The translations under genes and the position numbers were made by a program. From Malacoraja senta (Eukaryota), in the NCBI GenBank assembly GCA_038087875.1, contig CM075987.1, positions 24,244,001-24,308,000 on the forward strand: 64,000 nucleotides of DNA, given 5' to 3'. Positions 36,683 to 50,711 of this stretch are shown piece after piece (position 1 is the first letter of the stretch; every line of letters begins with the position of its first letter). The notes beneath the pieces are model-generated. The model made no database searches, was not told the origin of the DNA, and saw only the letters and a program-made list of their open reading frames with translations.

Positions 36683-38224
36683 AGTGACATGTGTATTTTC
36701 CGATTTGCGGACAAAAATCAATTTATGAACTCTATGATAGACGTCATCCTACCACAACCAGAGAGCAGTCCTCATTGTCTACCTCATTGGTGATTCTCGG
36801 ACTATCCTTGATCGGACTATGCTGGCCTTACCTTGCACTTGAAGTTATTCCCTTATCATGTGTCTATACCCTGTAAACGGCTCAATTGCAGTCATGTAGA
36901 TAAAGATGCTGGAGAAACTCAGCGGGTGAGGCAGCATCCATGTAGCGAAGGAAATAGGCGACGTTTCGGGTCGAGACCCTTCTTCAGGCATGTGTTGTCT
37001 TTCCGCTGACTGGATAGCAGGCAACAAAAGCTTTTCACTGTACCTGTACGCGCGACAATAAACTAAACTGTTAATTGCCTACAATGGTGTTACAAACATT
37101 CCAAGTATAGTTCTTGCACCTTGCTGTCCCTGCCTCTGTCACTAATTCCTCAAATGCATTCTATAACCTCAACCCTAGTTTGTAAAGAAAGTTCTCAATT
37201 TTCAAGAGTGCAGCATATGATATCAATAACAAACAAACGGACATCTAATATTGTAGGACGTGGGGGGATCGCTGGTCGGTGTGGACTCGATGGGCCGAAG
37301 GGCCTGTTTCTGTGCTGTATCTCTAAAACTAAAAATGAAATGAGCTCCAACCCTGAGCTTTGCTCAGCTAGGCGATCAAAGGCCACAATATGAAGACTTC
37401 CTCCAAATGTTCAAACTTTGTGGGAGACTTTGGAATGTGAAATTGAAATTGTATGGAAACATGGGAGCTAAGCATAGAATGTAACAACAATTATTCCACG
37501 TATTCCATCTATTCCCAAAATAGATGATTCTAACAAAATATGCGATTAATTTGCTTCATAGAATAAGCCCAACGACACATGCGGAACGATGTTTCGAAGT
37601 AAGGAGAATTTCATCTGTGACCCGAAACGTCAGCTAACCACGTTCTCCAGAGATGCAGCCTGACCTGCTGAAGCACATCCACAAAGGCTACGTAATCTGT
37701 AAAAAGTCCTTCAACCGTTGCACCACTGTGCTGACGAATATTGTGACAACTGCATCAATAAATTCATAAATGGAGAGATGATGTGGCCTTTGTCAATGTG
37801 CTTGAGCTAAGTTTATGAAGAATGTGGCAAGTTGGTCAGGAGCAGTCCGACAGATATTAAATGATGAAATGCTTTTCGGCAGTTAATGAGAGAAAAGGAA
37901 CAATTTCCCATTCAATTTTTCCCACATTCAAGGTCTGAACCTTTCGCATTTTCTCTGCTGACTCAGGTTTAGTTCAGTTTAGCTGAGAGACACGGTGCGG
38001 AAACAGGCCCTTCGACCCACTCCGACCAGCGATCCCCGCACATTAACACTATCGTACACGCAAGGGACAATTTTACATTTACACAAAGCCAATTAACCTA
38101 CAAACCTGTCCGTCTTTGGAGTGTGGGAGGAAACCGAAGATCACAGGGAGAACGTACAAACTCCGTACATGCAGCACCCGTGGTTGGGATCAAACCCGGG
38201 TCACTGGCGCTGCAAGCGCTGTAA

Positions 38225-38554
38225 AAGCCCTGTCTCACGGTACGAGTTCATTCCAAGAGCTCTCCCGAGTTTTAAAAAAATCAAACTCGTGGTAAGCACG
38301 GAGAATGAAGGTAGCAGGTACGTCGGAGCTCGGGTACGTCTCTTCGCGACTCGTAACGCTAACGGCAGGTACTCGGGAAGACTCGCTAACGGCAGGTAAG
38401 CACGGGAAGACTCGTGAAGATTTTTCAACATGTTGAAAAATGTCCACGAGAGCCCCGAGTACCGACGAGTGGCCATTACCGTAAATCTCCGAGTTCGAAT
38501 CAGGGCAAACTCGGGAGAACTCTTGGAATTAACTCGCACCGTGGGACAGGGCTT
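38225..38554. mobile_element. PIF/Harbinger-type MITE inserted in an HE1 SINE
   Basis: Long imperfect TIRs AAGCCCTGTC(T/C)CACGGT..ACCGTGGGACAGGGCTT and TAA TSD (38222-38224, 38555-38557). Removing it restores the SINE's GCGCTGTAAGGCAGC. Confidence 0.88.
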
Positions 38555-40211
38555 TAAGGCAGCAACTCTACCGCTGCGCCACCGTGCCACCCAAGTCAAT
38601 ATACCTACAAACCTGCACGTCTTTGGAGTGTAGGAGTTAACCGGAGCACTTGGAGAAAACCCACACAGGTGTCTGGCACAGATAGCACCCGTGGTCAGGA
38701 TCGAACCTGGATTTATTTTTATTAAATGTGCTGAGGGTCACTACTTCCACTCAATGAGACAGTGAATTCCAGACCCCTTCTGCTCCTTCACTTCCCAGCA
38801 AACCTTTAATGAATTAACTTCAATCCAAGTTGCCTAGTTATTGACCTCTGTGCTAAGGGAAATAGGTCTTTCCAGTTCACGGAGCCTGGGCCTCTCATAA
38901 TTTTATAAACCTTAAGAACATTATATGGTCTAAAAATAATAATGACAGAAACCAGAGGCATTGCAGAAACCCACACCAAAAAACATATTGGTGTCACGTT
39001 GAATTTCGCAGTCCTTGGTACAAGAGGTGACAAATGCTTGCGTGCCGTAATGCTAAGAATGTGAGGAAAAGTTAAGATGACAGTTCTCTTCTGTTGACTT
39101 TCCCCTTGAAATGCCTCTGAAAAATGAGTTGGCGGAGCAATTGAGTTGACGGAAGCTTACATTCCATCACTCCAGTCTTTGAAATGTATTCTATTCAACA
39201 GTATAGAATTGTATTCAGTGTACTTAATTGGATATTTATAAGCTGGCATTTACTTGGTCAATTTTACTCCGTGAGGAAAATTAGCGCAAGGATATGAATG
39301 GTTATTTTTAAATCTGAGACAGATTTAAATGAGATTTTGGCTCACTGGGCATTTTAACACAACTATGCCTAAATGGATCAAAGACGTTAACATGTGTATG
39401 CAAGGGCTATATTTGAAATTGCCCAGACAAACATTAGCTCTCTTGCAGTCAATATTCCATGTTTTTTTTTAAACCAGTGTACTTGAATTTTTTTTCTTGA
39501 TTGTACGAAAAGTTTCCTTCACATGTACAAACACATTACCTTCCTGAACTTGACATCTGCTTTCCAAAGGAAACAGGAAAAAGGGAATTTTAGAGCCCCT
39601 AGGATAATAACATTTTGCAGAATGTACCATTTTGATTTTCTCTTTCCCATTAGTGAGGTAAATTTCGAGAAAATATGGTGAAATATTCACGTAACCTTGA
39701 CTCTATTGACATTAGACCATAGTACTAATGACTGATTGTTAGCAGATGGCCTCTCTGTTACTTAGCAAGAAGTGACTTGCTTGCAATAATAAAAAATTGC
39801 ATTCAGAAATTAAACTTAATTAAACAAAATCCAGTTTGCTTTCTGGCCTATTCCTACTTTTGGCTTTCGTAAAACAACCTGCCTCTCTGTACAGCAAGTG
39901 ATTCAGATGATATCAGCACACATCACCAACAATTTGCAACAGATATTTTTTCAATATTGGATCTATTTCCAAAGATAGATTTACAAAGATCATTGAATGT
40001 CTCCCTTGTATGTTATGCCATGCAAGTCTGCAGCAGCACTTTGTTTAACTGCTGTATTTCAGGTTCAAGAAATGTTATGTGTAGGAAGGAATTCCTGCCG
40101 CTGTTTTAAACTGAAGACAGACACAAAAAGCTGGAGTAACTCAGCAGGTCAGGAAGCATCTCTGGAGAGAAGGAATACGTGATGTTTCGGGTCGAGACCC
40201 TTCTACAGACT

Positions 40212-40650
40212 CTGGGTATGGTAACATATGATGAGCATTTGACGGCACTGGGCCTGTACTCGCTGGAATATAGAAGGATGAGGGGGTACCACATTGAAAC
40301 TTATGGAATAGTGAAAGGCTTGGATAGGGTGGATGAGTCTAGGACTAGAGGTCACAGCCTCAGAATTAAAGGATGTCACTTTAAGAAGGAGATGAGGAGG
40401 AATTTCTTTAATCAGAGGGTGGTGAATCTGTGGAATTCTTTGCCACAGAATTCTGTGGAGGCCGTCAATGGATATTTTTAAGGCAGAGATAGATAGATTC
40501 TTGATTAGTATGGGTGTCAGGGGTTATGGGGAGAAGGCAGGAGAATGGAGTTAAAAGGGAGAGATAGATCATCCATGATTGAATGGCGGAGTAGACTTGA
40601 AGGACCGAATGCCCTTATTCTGCTCTGATCACTGATGACCTTATGATCTG
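40212..40650 (+). mobile_element. CR1 LINE 3' fragment nested in a Penelope-tail palindrome (about 40079-40800)
   Basis: YDEHLTALGLYSLEYRRMRG..QRVVNLWNSLPQ, flanked by inverted Penelope 3' arms. Confidence 0.82.
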
Positions 40651-40907
40651 AAACGTCACCTAAACGTCGTCTATATCTCTTGTTCCCCTTATACCTAACC
40701 AGTCTGCTGAAGGGTCTCGACCCATAACGTCATCCATTCCTTCTCTCCAGGGATGCTGTCTGACCCGCTGAGTTACTCCAGCTTTTTGTGTCTACCTTCA
40801 AGAAATGTTATGCCGCATGAAATGAGAACTAAGTCGTAGTAACGTTAAGATATTTGAAAACCTTTCCTTCGAAACATCTCACAGACTTTTATGTTTCTTG
40901 GATGTAG

Positions 40908-41964
40908 GACTTTACGACAAATGCCCTTGCACATTGCGGGACAGAGGATGGGGAGTTGGCATCCAGTCGGCGGACGGCTTGGGCAAGAGGGACCCGCGGT
41001 TCTTCTTCAGCCTGAGGACGGACAGAGCTCGGAAGTTGACCACCATCATGACCCAGCAGAAGTACCAGGCCAACCAGTGGGTCCACTTGGCCGCCAGCTA
41101 CGACGGGCGGGAAATGAAGCTCTACGTGAACGGAGCGCAGGTGGCCAGGAGCAACGAGCAGGTCGGCGACATATTCAGTCCCCTCAGCAAAAAGTGCAAG
41201 GCTCTCACCCTCGGGGGAAACTTTCAACATCAGAACTTCCGTGGCTACGTCACCGACTTTAGCTTGTGGGGCGAAGGCAGAACTCAGCAGGAGATAATCC
41301 AAGATATGAAACACCACGCTCACGATACCAATGGGCCGGTCCTTTATGACAACTTTGAGGATGTGAAGAGGCACTGGCTCACTGTGAAGGACAGCAAATA
41401 CCCTCGAGCAGAACTGAAGCATTACGTCGACTGGGTATCAAGCACTAACCTGGAACCTCCACCCTGTGGCCAAACTGTGTGTGACAACATGGAAGTCACG
41501 TCGAGCTACAACAACCTCTTCAACTTTCGCAAGGTGAAGACAGTTCGCTACAGGGTGGTCAACATCTGCGACGACAACCGCCAGAAGACGACCGTTACCA
41601 GAGAGCAGATCCAACTTCAGCACCGGCACCTAAACAGCGCCTTCGAGCGGTACAACATCACCTGGGATATTACAGTTTTGGACGTGAAGAATTCCTCCCT
41701 GAGGGACCGTCTTATCTTGGCCAACTGCGATATCAGCAAAATTGGGAACGGGGACTGTGACCCCGAGTGTAATCACACGCTGACCGGAAACGATGGCGGC
41801 GATTGTAAACCACTCAGGCGCTCACCTCTGTTAAAGAAGAAAGGAAATGGGGTGTGTGATATGGAATGCAATGATGAACTGTACAACTTTGATGATGGTG
41901 ATTGCTGCAATCCAGCGGTGACTGATGTAACAAAGACATGTTTTGACCCCAAATCACCCTACAG
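40908..41964 (+). CDS. PAPPA: PAPPA coding exon 2 (LamG-like domain, N-terminal part of the metalloprotease domain, LNR1-2 repeats)
   Basis: Uninterrupted 1057-nt frame: GLYDKC..RDRGW..DPRFFFSLRTDRA..LEPPPCGQTVCDN..LILANCDISKIG..CDPECNHTLTG.DGGDC..GVCDMECN..TCFDPKSPY. Acceptor TAG at 40905-40907, donor AG|GTAGCA. Phases join exon 1 (G|GA = Gly) and exon 3 (AG|G = Arg). Confidence 0.97.
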
Positions 41965-43053
41965 GTAGCATTAACAATATTTAATCATTGAATGATTAGC
42001 ATGAGATATACTTAACAGGAGGACACACAGTGCCTGAGTAACTCAGTGTGTCAGGCAGTGTCTCTGGATAACAAGCATGTTCTACAGAGATGCTGCCTGA
42101 CCTGCTGAATTACTCCAGCACTGTTCCCTTTGGCATATTGAGCAGCATTTGCAGTTCCTTATTTCTATACTTAACAAGGATAAGTTCAAATAAAGGCCTC
42201 TCGAGGTGAATATTTGAACATAATACTATTGAGAGTGCGGGGTGGTGCAGCCTTTCTTACTGCCACCTCACACCTACTCAATGCTGTCTGTGTGGAGTTT
42301 GCAGGAGCTTCCTCTTTGTTGTTCTTGTTACCTTGTGCCCAAGCAGGTTAATTGCCACAGACAAAGTGTTTAAGAAGGAACTGCAGATGCTGGAAAATCG
42401 AAGGTACACAAAAGTGCTGGAGAAACTCAGCGGGTGCAGCAGCATCTATGGAGCAAAAGAGATAGGCTCCTTCGCTCCATAGATGCTGCTGCACCCGCTG
42501 AGTTTCTCAAGCACGTTTGTGTACCTAATTGCCACAGACAGCTGTGGAGGTCAAGTCAGTGGATACATTTAAGGCAGAGATAGATAGATTCTTGATTAGT
42601 ACTGGTGTCAGGCGTTATTGGGAAAAGGCAGGAGAATGGGATTAGGAGAGATAGATCAGCCATGATTAAATGGCGGAGTAGACTTGATGGGCCGAATGGC
42701 CTAATTCTGTTCCGATCATTTACGAACATGAACTTATGAATTGGCCAAATGTAGTAGGTGGGAAAAGAATCAAAAAAGGGGAATGAGAGGGCATGTAGGA
42801 GAGAATAATGTTGCAACCTTTCAGGGATATAAGAAGCAAAATCAGACTGAGGGGATAGCTCGTCTAGGAGCCAGCAACAAAATGATGGGCCAAATGTCTT
42901 GTGTTTCAATAAGTATGAAAGAAATGCTTCAATTTCATGCCATCTAATTGCTTTGTGCTTTTCTATTATGGGGTTATGAAGTGGAAATTCGTAGGTCCTG
43001 TTTGAGACAGAGTGCGGTGAGTTTAATGGCACTGTTACTCATCTCGAACCTTA

Positions 43054-43367
43054 TGGGCCTGTCCCACTTTTTCGGCAACTGCCGGTACCCGTCATAGGTC
43101 GTTACAGGTCGCCGAAAATTTTCAACATGTTGAAAATGCAGAACAAGGTACGACTCTTTGGGTGACTACTCACGACCATACAGGCTTCACCTGTCGCAAG
43201 GGTGTCGCCTGTATGGTCGTGAGTCGTCTCCTCAGTCGCCCAAAGAGTCGTAGCGTCTTTCTGGTCGCCGCTGGATTTTCAACATGTTGAAAATTTTCGG
43301 CAACCTGCAACGACCTATGACAGGTGCTGGCAGTCGCCAGAAAAGTCGCGTAAGTGGGACTGGCCCA
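43054..43367. mobile_element. PIF/Harbinger-type MITE
   Basis: TGGGCCTGTCCCACTT..AAGTGGGACTGGCCCA ends, TTA TSD on both sides, near-palindromic body. Confidence 0.85.
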
Positions 43368-44271
43368 TTAATTGTTCTTAATCGGGTAGCAGTCAGCTGA
43401 TCAGTGGGACGTGGGAGGAAACCCATGTGGTCACAGGGAGAAGGTTCAAATGCTATTCCGACAAAGGGCAGGAGGTCAGGAATGTAATGGGTCAGTCACT
43501 GGGGTTGGAGAGCAGCATTTCTACCCTTTACGCTACTGTGCTGCCCTCCCTCACTGCTCACTGCTCAGTCCTTATCATCATTGAACTCAACCAGCAGTAG
43601 ATTGATTTTCAATAAATGTCAACACCAAGTTAACGTCCTTGTTTATTTTGCAGGCTCGCTTCTACAATTCGGTTTTAGTTTCAGTTTGAGTTTCGGATTT
43701 ACAGAGCGGAAACAGGCCCTTCGGCCCACCGAGTCCGCACCGACCAGAGATTCCCGCACACTAACGCTATCCTACACACACACACTAGGGGCCGCACACT
43801 AACACTATCCTACACACACACACTTATACCGAGCCAATTAACCTACAAAGTTGTACGTCTTTGGGGTGTGGGATGGAACCGAAGTTCTCGGAGAAAACCT
43901 GGAGAATTCCTTCCTCAATTCCTAAAGCATGGATTCTACAATCCATGTTTGATATTTTAAAATATTATCCTGAAAATACATGGTTTCACTTCCATCATCA
44001 CCTTATTTTGTTTCAGACTTATCCTTTCACAAAGTTAAAAAATCTCAGTTGTTGTCTTGGGCTCTAGACGTCAAATAGAGGTTTATAGATTCAGTTATGA
44101 AAATAAGGTTTCAATTAAGATTTTTAAATTTTCAGTCTAAAGTTTATTTGGGTATATAAAAGTATGCAACCTCAGAGAATTCTCCTCAATCTGAAACCTT
44201 TCTTGAAGTCAATGGGAAATAAATTTAAATAGATATGGCAGCCTACTTGTATTACACAAGCAGTTTATAAC

Positions 44272-44867
44272 TAAAGTTGCCAACTGTTCCGTATTAGCCA
44301 GGACATCCCGTATATTGGGCTAAATTGGTTTGTCCCACCCTTGTCCCGTATTTGACTGCTACTACTCGGGTCGAGGGGGACTGTCGGGTCGGAGCGCCAC
44401 GTCTGGCCCCGCCTCACCCGCCCTGACGTAGTGCAGCCCATGGAGTGCAGCAGCAGCAGCAGCAGCAGCGCCTCGCCCGTGGCCCCGTCGGTTGGCAGCC
44501 CGGCCAGCTGTCCGACTTTCAGACCTTCGCTTACCGCCCACACCACCACCCCTCCTTCTCACGGCCGATCATCGGTTCACGAGTTGGACGGGGTGCCGGA
44601 CCTTGCGTGCAGCTGAACACAAAGCCCAGCCGGCGGGCCAGCTGAGGAGTTTTGGCCCGGGCCACGCGGCGTCGCACACAAAGTCTGGTGCCCTGACCCG
44701 AACTCCTCAGCTGGCTCGCCTGCTGGCCTTTGTGTGCAGTCCAGCACCCGGGCCAACTCATCATTCACCCAGCCACGGCCGAGTCGGTCAACGAATTGCC
44801 GACGGGAATTTGTCCCTTGTTTTGACCTTTTGTCCCGTATTTGGGAGTGAGAAAGTTGGCGACCCTC
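44272..44867. mobile_element. hAT-type non-autonomous DNA transposon
   Basis: TAAAGTTGCCAACT..AGTTGGCGACCCT ends, subterminal TGTCCCGTAT repeats and an 8-bp TSD TTTATAAC/TTCATAAC. The empty site is visible in the paralogous segment near 46565. Confidence 0.78.
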
Positions 44868-44881
44868 TTCATAACATTACC

Positions 44882-45466
44882 AATCACAGGCTCCATGGTC
44901 GTTTCGCTGAACACCTCCGCTCAGTTTGCCTAAACCTACCTGATCTCCTGGTTGCTAAACACTTCAAGTCCCCCTCCCATTCCCACGCTGACCATTCTGT
45001 CCTGGGCCTCCTCCATTGTCAGAGTGAGGCCCAGTGCAAATTGGAGGAGCAGCACCTCATATTTTGCTTGGGCAGCTTACACCCCAGCGGTATGAACATT
45101 GACTCCTCTAACTTCAAGTAACCCTTGCTTTCCCTCTCTCTACATGCCTCCACCTTCCCAGTTCTCGGACCAGTCCTACTGTCTCCGACTACATTTTATC
45201 TCTGTTTGCTTTGTTGTTACCTTCTCCCAGCTAACACTGATCTATTCCACACTTTCCTTGATCTCCATTCCCTTTTACCCTGTTTTCACACCTTACACTT
45301 CCTTATCTATCTATCTCCCTCCCCCTTGACGTCAGTCTGAACAAGGGTCTCCACCCAAAACGTCACCCATTCCTTCTCTCCAGAGGTGCTGCCTGTCCCG
45401 CTGAGTTACTCCAGCATTTTGTGTCTATCTTCGGTTTAAACCAGCATCTGCAGTTCCTTCCTACAT
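44882..45466 (+). mobile_element. Penelope-like element 3' portion (end of GIY-YIG endonuclease plus pLTR/3' tail)
   Basis: RFAEHLRSVCLNLPDLLVAKHFKSPSHSH..LEEQHLIFCLGSLHPSGMNIDSSNFK* matches the end of PLE GIY-YIG domains and runs directly into the abundant CTGAAGAAGGGTC..GAGTTACTCCAGC..CATCTGCAGTTCC tail. Flanked by ATAACAT(T/C)ACC. Confidence 0.85.
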
Positions 45467-48400
45467 ATAACATCACCCTGTATTGTACATAGCAAGGTTG
45501 AATATTTTTGGATGAACTATAGGCTGATCTTTGTGTAAATCTACATGCTGCAGTGGTAATTTTATTTGATATATTTTCCCACTCCACATGTGTTTTCATG
45601 GAATTGTTATCAGCTAACCACAAAGATAATAAGTACGGTATCAAAGATCTATACAAGATTGTAGGATTCACCGGAGACCACTTAAAACAATTAGCGATAA
45701 GACCATGATAGCAAAGAGCTGACTGATGACAATGTGCCTCGAACCAGTAAATGTGCAGTTGAACCCCCCCCCCCCCCCCCCCCCACTCAGAGAGAGATCA
45801 TTTTGTGAAAGGGCAAAGTTTGATTGAAGACTTCAGTCGTCTTTCCCTTATTGTTTTACATGTTATCGGTAACATTGTGTGGTCTCGGCAACAGTTTATT
45901 GATTTTACGCAAGTTAGTTGAGAGATACAGTGCGGAAACAGGCCCTTCGGCCCACCGAGTCCATGCCGACCAGCGATCCCCGCACACTAACACTATCGTA
46001 CACACACTAGGGACAATTTTGCACATGCACCAAGCCAATTAACCCACATACCTGCACATCTTTGGAGTGTGGGAGGAAACCGGAGATGCCGGAGAAAACC
46101 CACGCGGGTCACGGGGAGAATCTACAAACTCCGTACAGACAGCACCTGTAGTCGGGATCGAACCGGGGTCTCCGGCGCTGCAAGCGCTGTAAGGCAGCAA
46201 CTCTACCGCTGCGCCATCGCGCCGCAGTGGCACAGCCTTCTGTGGCAACGTTGATTTACCACACGGAATAAACATGGTTATGAGAGAGAGAGAAAAAAAA
46301 ACATTCTTCCCGTATTAGAAAAATTGCTCCATACTTAATTAGTTGCTAAATTTGAAAGTGTCCCTCAGGAGTCAAATAGAGGTTTATAGATTTAGTTATA
46401 AATTTCAATTCAGATTTTTTTAAATTTCAAAGTATCTAAGTTTATTTGAGAATGTAAAAGCTTGCAATCATGGTGAATTCTACTGAATCTCAAACCTTCC
46501 TTGACAGTCAATGAGAAATAAATGTAAGTAGATATGGCAGTCACCTTGTATTGTACAAGGAATCTATAACATTACCTTCATAAGGTCATAAGGGATAGGA
46601 ATAGAATTAGGCCATTCAGTCCATCAAGTCCGCAATTCAATCATGGCTGAGCTATCTCTCCCTCCTAACTCCATTCTGCTGCCTTCACCCCATAACCTCT
46701 GACACCTGTACTAATGAAGAATCTATCTAGCTCTGCTTTTAAAATATCCACTGACATGGCCTCCACAGCCTTCTGTGGCAAAGAATTCCACCTTGTGCAA
46801 GTACATAGTACCTTGTTTTGTATAGCAGAGTTAAATACTTTGTAAGATTTGGTTATCTAAGTGTACCTGTAAAGCACGAGGCACTGCTTTATACTTAGAT
46901 ATTGAGGCGATAACTGCAACAAAGAAAACAAGGACAATTGGAAATATTGACTTGGTCAGGCAGGATCGGTGGAGAGGGAATGTGGAGTGATTGCTCAGGT
47001 TGATAACCCTTTCATCAGAATTAGATGAGGTTAGGAAAAAGCATCTTTCTAATTGCAGAGAAGGAGAGAGCAAGGGAATGCCCGATATACGGTGGCGAGC
47101 AAGAGAGACGGTGAGGCTGATGACGATGATGATGAGGGGGAAGTGAGGTCTTCTTAATTACGGACGATTTGACTGGAGAAGGTGTAAACAGGAGGAGATG
47201 AATGAGGGACAGGGAAAGAGCAATCGCAAGATACCGATCAAAGAGGTTGGAAACCTGAAATCTGAAATAAAAGAGCCTACCACAAATACACCAATGCATA
47301 GGCAGAGGGAAGAACTGAGATAACATGGCAGGTTGCAGGAAAACATACAGAACACAGGTAGACAAAAATGCTGGAGGAACTCAGCGGGTGAGGCAGCATC
47401 TATGGAGTGAAGGAAATAGGCAACGTTTCGGCCCGAAACGTTGCCTATTTCCTTCGCTCCATAGATGCTGCCTCACCCGCTGAGTTTCTCCAGCATTTTT
47501 ATCTACCTTCGATTTTCCAGCATCTGCAGTTCCTTCTTAAACATACAGAACACAGGAACAGGCCATTTGGCCCACAATGTCAATGCCGTACATGATGCTA
47601 AATTCATCTAATCCCTTCTGCCTGCATATGACTTGTATCCTTCCAATCCTTAGCCTTTTAAAATTCCACTTCTACCACTATCCCTGGCAGCATGTTCCAG
47701 ACCCTTAACACTCTCAGTGTAGAAAACATCAGACACACATCTCCTTTGACCATTCATTCTCCCTCTGACCAGCTTTTGGAAAAAATACTCAAATTGAATA
47801 CCCTGTCTATGCCACTCGTAAACTTACAAACTCACTGAGAGTGGTGAGTCTGTGGAATTCTCTGCCTCAGAGGGCGGTGCAGGCAGGTTCTCTGGATGCT
47901 TTCAAGAGAGAGCTAGATAGGGCTCTTAAAAATAGCGGTCTGGGGATATGGGGAGAAGGCAGGAACGGGGTACTGATTGGGGATGATCAGCCATGATCAC
48001 ATTGAATGGCGGTGCTGGCTCGAAGGGTCAAATGGCCTACCCCTGCACCTATTGTCTATTGTCAACCAGTTCTCCCTTCAGCCGCTGACACTTCAGAATC
48101 CATATTTTTCCAATCTCTTCTTTTGGCTGACACCCTCTAATCCAGCCAACATCACGGTCAACCTATTCTGCACCCTCTCTAAAGCCTCCACATCCTTTCT
48201 GTATTGGGGTGACCTGAACTGGATGGCACGGTGATGCAGCGGTAGAGTTGCTGCCTTACAGCGCCAAAGACCTGGGTTCGATCCTGACAATGGGTGCAGC
48301 CGGTAAGGAGTTTGTACCTTCTCCCTGTGACCTCCCAAGGTGCTCCAGTTTCCTCTCACACTCCATGGATGTACAGGTTTGTAGGTTGATTGATTGGCTT

Positions 48401-49019
48401 TGGTAAAGATTGTAAATTGTCCCTAGTGTGTGTAGGATGGTGCTAGTGTACAGTGATCGCTGGTCAGGGCGATCTCGGTGGGCCGAATGGCCTGTTTCAG
48501 AGCTGTATCTCTAAACAAAACTAAATTGCACACAATACTCCAAATGCGGCTTAACCAAAGTTTTATAAAGCTGCCACATGACTTCTTATCCTCAATGCAC
48601 TGACCGATGATTTTTACCACTACATCTGTTTGTACTGTTACTTTCAAGGAGCTATGGACTTGGACCCCAATATCCCTCTGTACATCATATCAATGGCCAA
48701 GTATCAATGGTAGATTTTCCTCTCCGAAGGAAATTTTTACATTCACAATTAATTTGACTGAGATTGGAGTTTTTTCCTCTATTTCTAAAATATTTAAAAA
48801 CTTTAATTTAATTTTAATTAATCTCATTCAGTGATCCATGAATCTGTTTGGCCAGTACCATAACCACTGTGGTAATGTACCATACTCTGACCTCTGGCGT
48901 GGTTGCTAATTACACTTTGTCCCGGTTTTGTTGTTAGGTGAAATCATAGTCAGTGTACAGTCGAGCATCGAGAAAACTGCCATAGATGATTAGGCTAAAG
49001 TATTTGTTGGCTCAATGCA

Positions 49020-49264
49020 CTACCCCCCCTCCCCCTCTACCCCCCCTTCCCTCTCTACCCCCTCTCTACCCCCCTCCCTCTCTAGGGATTGAAGAGGGAG
49101 GGTGAAAAGGAGGAGGAGGGAGTGCCGGGCGATGAGGAGAAATGAGCCACACCTGCGCAGTTGGGGGCTATGCGTGAGTGGTGGAATATTGCGTTGGGGG
49201 AACGGGTGAGTGGTGGAATATTACATTGGGGGAGCAGAACCAACGGGTCTGGACTTGGTCTAGT
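49020..49264 (+). mobile_element. Possible Helitron-like non-autonomous fragment
   Basis: GC-rich block with an internal direct repeat (GTGAGTGGTGGAATATT x2) ending abruptly in CTAG|T. Confidence 0.35.
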
Positions 49265-50711
49265 CACTTACATAAATAATATAATCTGTATTCATTTCAT
49301 CTAAATCAAACATTTGTATGTGAGGACCAGATTGGTAATCTGAATCACTTCTAAACACAACTTAGGATGGCATGGTGGCGCTGCGGTAGAGTTGCTGTCT
49401 TATAGCGCCAGAGAACAGGGTTCGATCCTGACTACGGGTACTGTTTGTACGTAGTTTATACGTTTTCCCCGTGACTGCGTGAGCTTTCTCCAGGTGCTCC
49501 GGTTCCCACCCACACTCCAAAGATGTGCAGGTTTGTAGGTTAATTGGCTTCTATAAATTGTCACTGGTGTAGGATGGAACTAGTGTACGGGGTGATCATT
49601 GGTTGGTGTGGACTCGATGGGCCGAAGGGCCTGTTTCTACGTTATATCTCTAAACTCTCTAAACTAAGAACAACTTATTGAAATACTGGAATAAGCCCTT
49701 CGGCCCACAATGCTTGTGGTGAACAGGATGCCAAGAGACATAACCTTGCTATTTTTCTTCAGACTTCACACTGCAACATACACAGAGTCATACAGTGTGG
49801 AAGCAGGCCATTCGGCCCAACTTCCCCTTGCTGATCAACAGGTCCCATCTACATTAGTCCCACTTTATGGAATCCAGTGTGGGAATGTCAATTTTCCACC
49901 ATTTCCCAGCAATTACGGGAAAATCTAGGAACAAAACAGGCTCACAAGCGAGTTAAAGCTATTTTATATTTTGAATTCATTGAATTAATTTTAATTGCAA
50001 GTAAATTTTTACATTCAAAATACCACGGTTACCATTGTCCACACTCATGGTCCAACCACTTGTCTTCATGCTGCACTTCTTCACAGAGGCTTTCAGCACA
50101 TCCTTGAACCTTTTGGAGACACAAGGAACTGAAGATATTGGTTTACAAAAAAGCAAACTCAAAGTGCCGAAATAACTCCACAGATCAGGCAGCATCTCTG
50201 GAGGACATGGGTCGGCGATGTTTCGTGTTGGGACTGAAGAATGGTCCCGACCAGAAAGGGTCCCAACCAGAGATGTCAGCTGTTTGCAGCTGAAACAGGC
50301 ATTAGCTGTTTCTCCTTCCGCGGATGCTGCCTGACCTGATGAATATTTCTAGCATTTTCTGTTTTTATCTACGAACCTGAGATTAGTCGGCGCCTAGATG
50401 GTCACAAAGTGCTGGAGTAACTCAGCGGGTCAGGCAACATCTGTGGAGAAAAAGGACGGGTGACGTTTCAGGTCAGGACCTGAAGATGTGTCCCGAGCCG
50501 AAACGTTACCCATCCTGTTTCTCCAGAAATGCTGCCTGATCCGCCGAGTTACTCCAGCACTCTGTGTCTAACTTTGATATAAGCCAACATCTGTAGTTAG
50601 TTGCTTCTATATTTAGTATTCGCCTAACCCCTTGGTTCAACTATAACCTCTCGTTCCATCGCATTTCCCTGTATCACAGCATCTCGATTTCTTCTCTCAG
50701 GAAGTACAATA

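Noticed and set aside
40898..41968. Stand-alone 356-aa gene, or PAPPA2
   Set aside because: It is bounded by splice sites in phase with flanking exons. Diagnostic residues (GLYDKC, RDRGW, AYLDVN.LKNILKLDG) and the short prepro region fit PAPPA rather than PAPPA2.
44492..45121. 209-aa ORF as a novel gene
   Set aside because: Chance read-through from a GC-rich hAT MITE into a Penelope GIY-YIG fragment.
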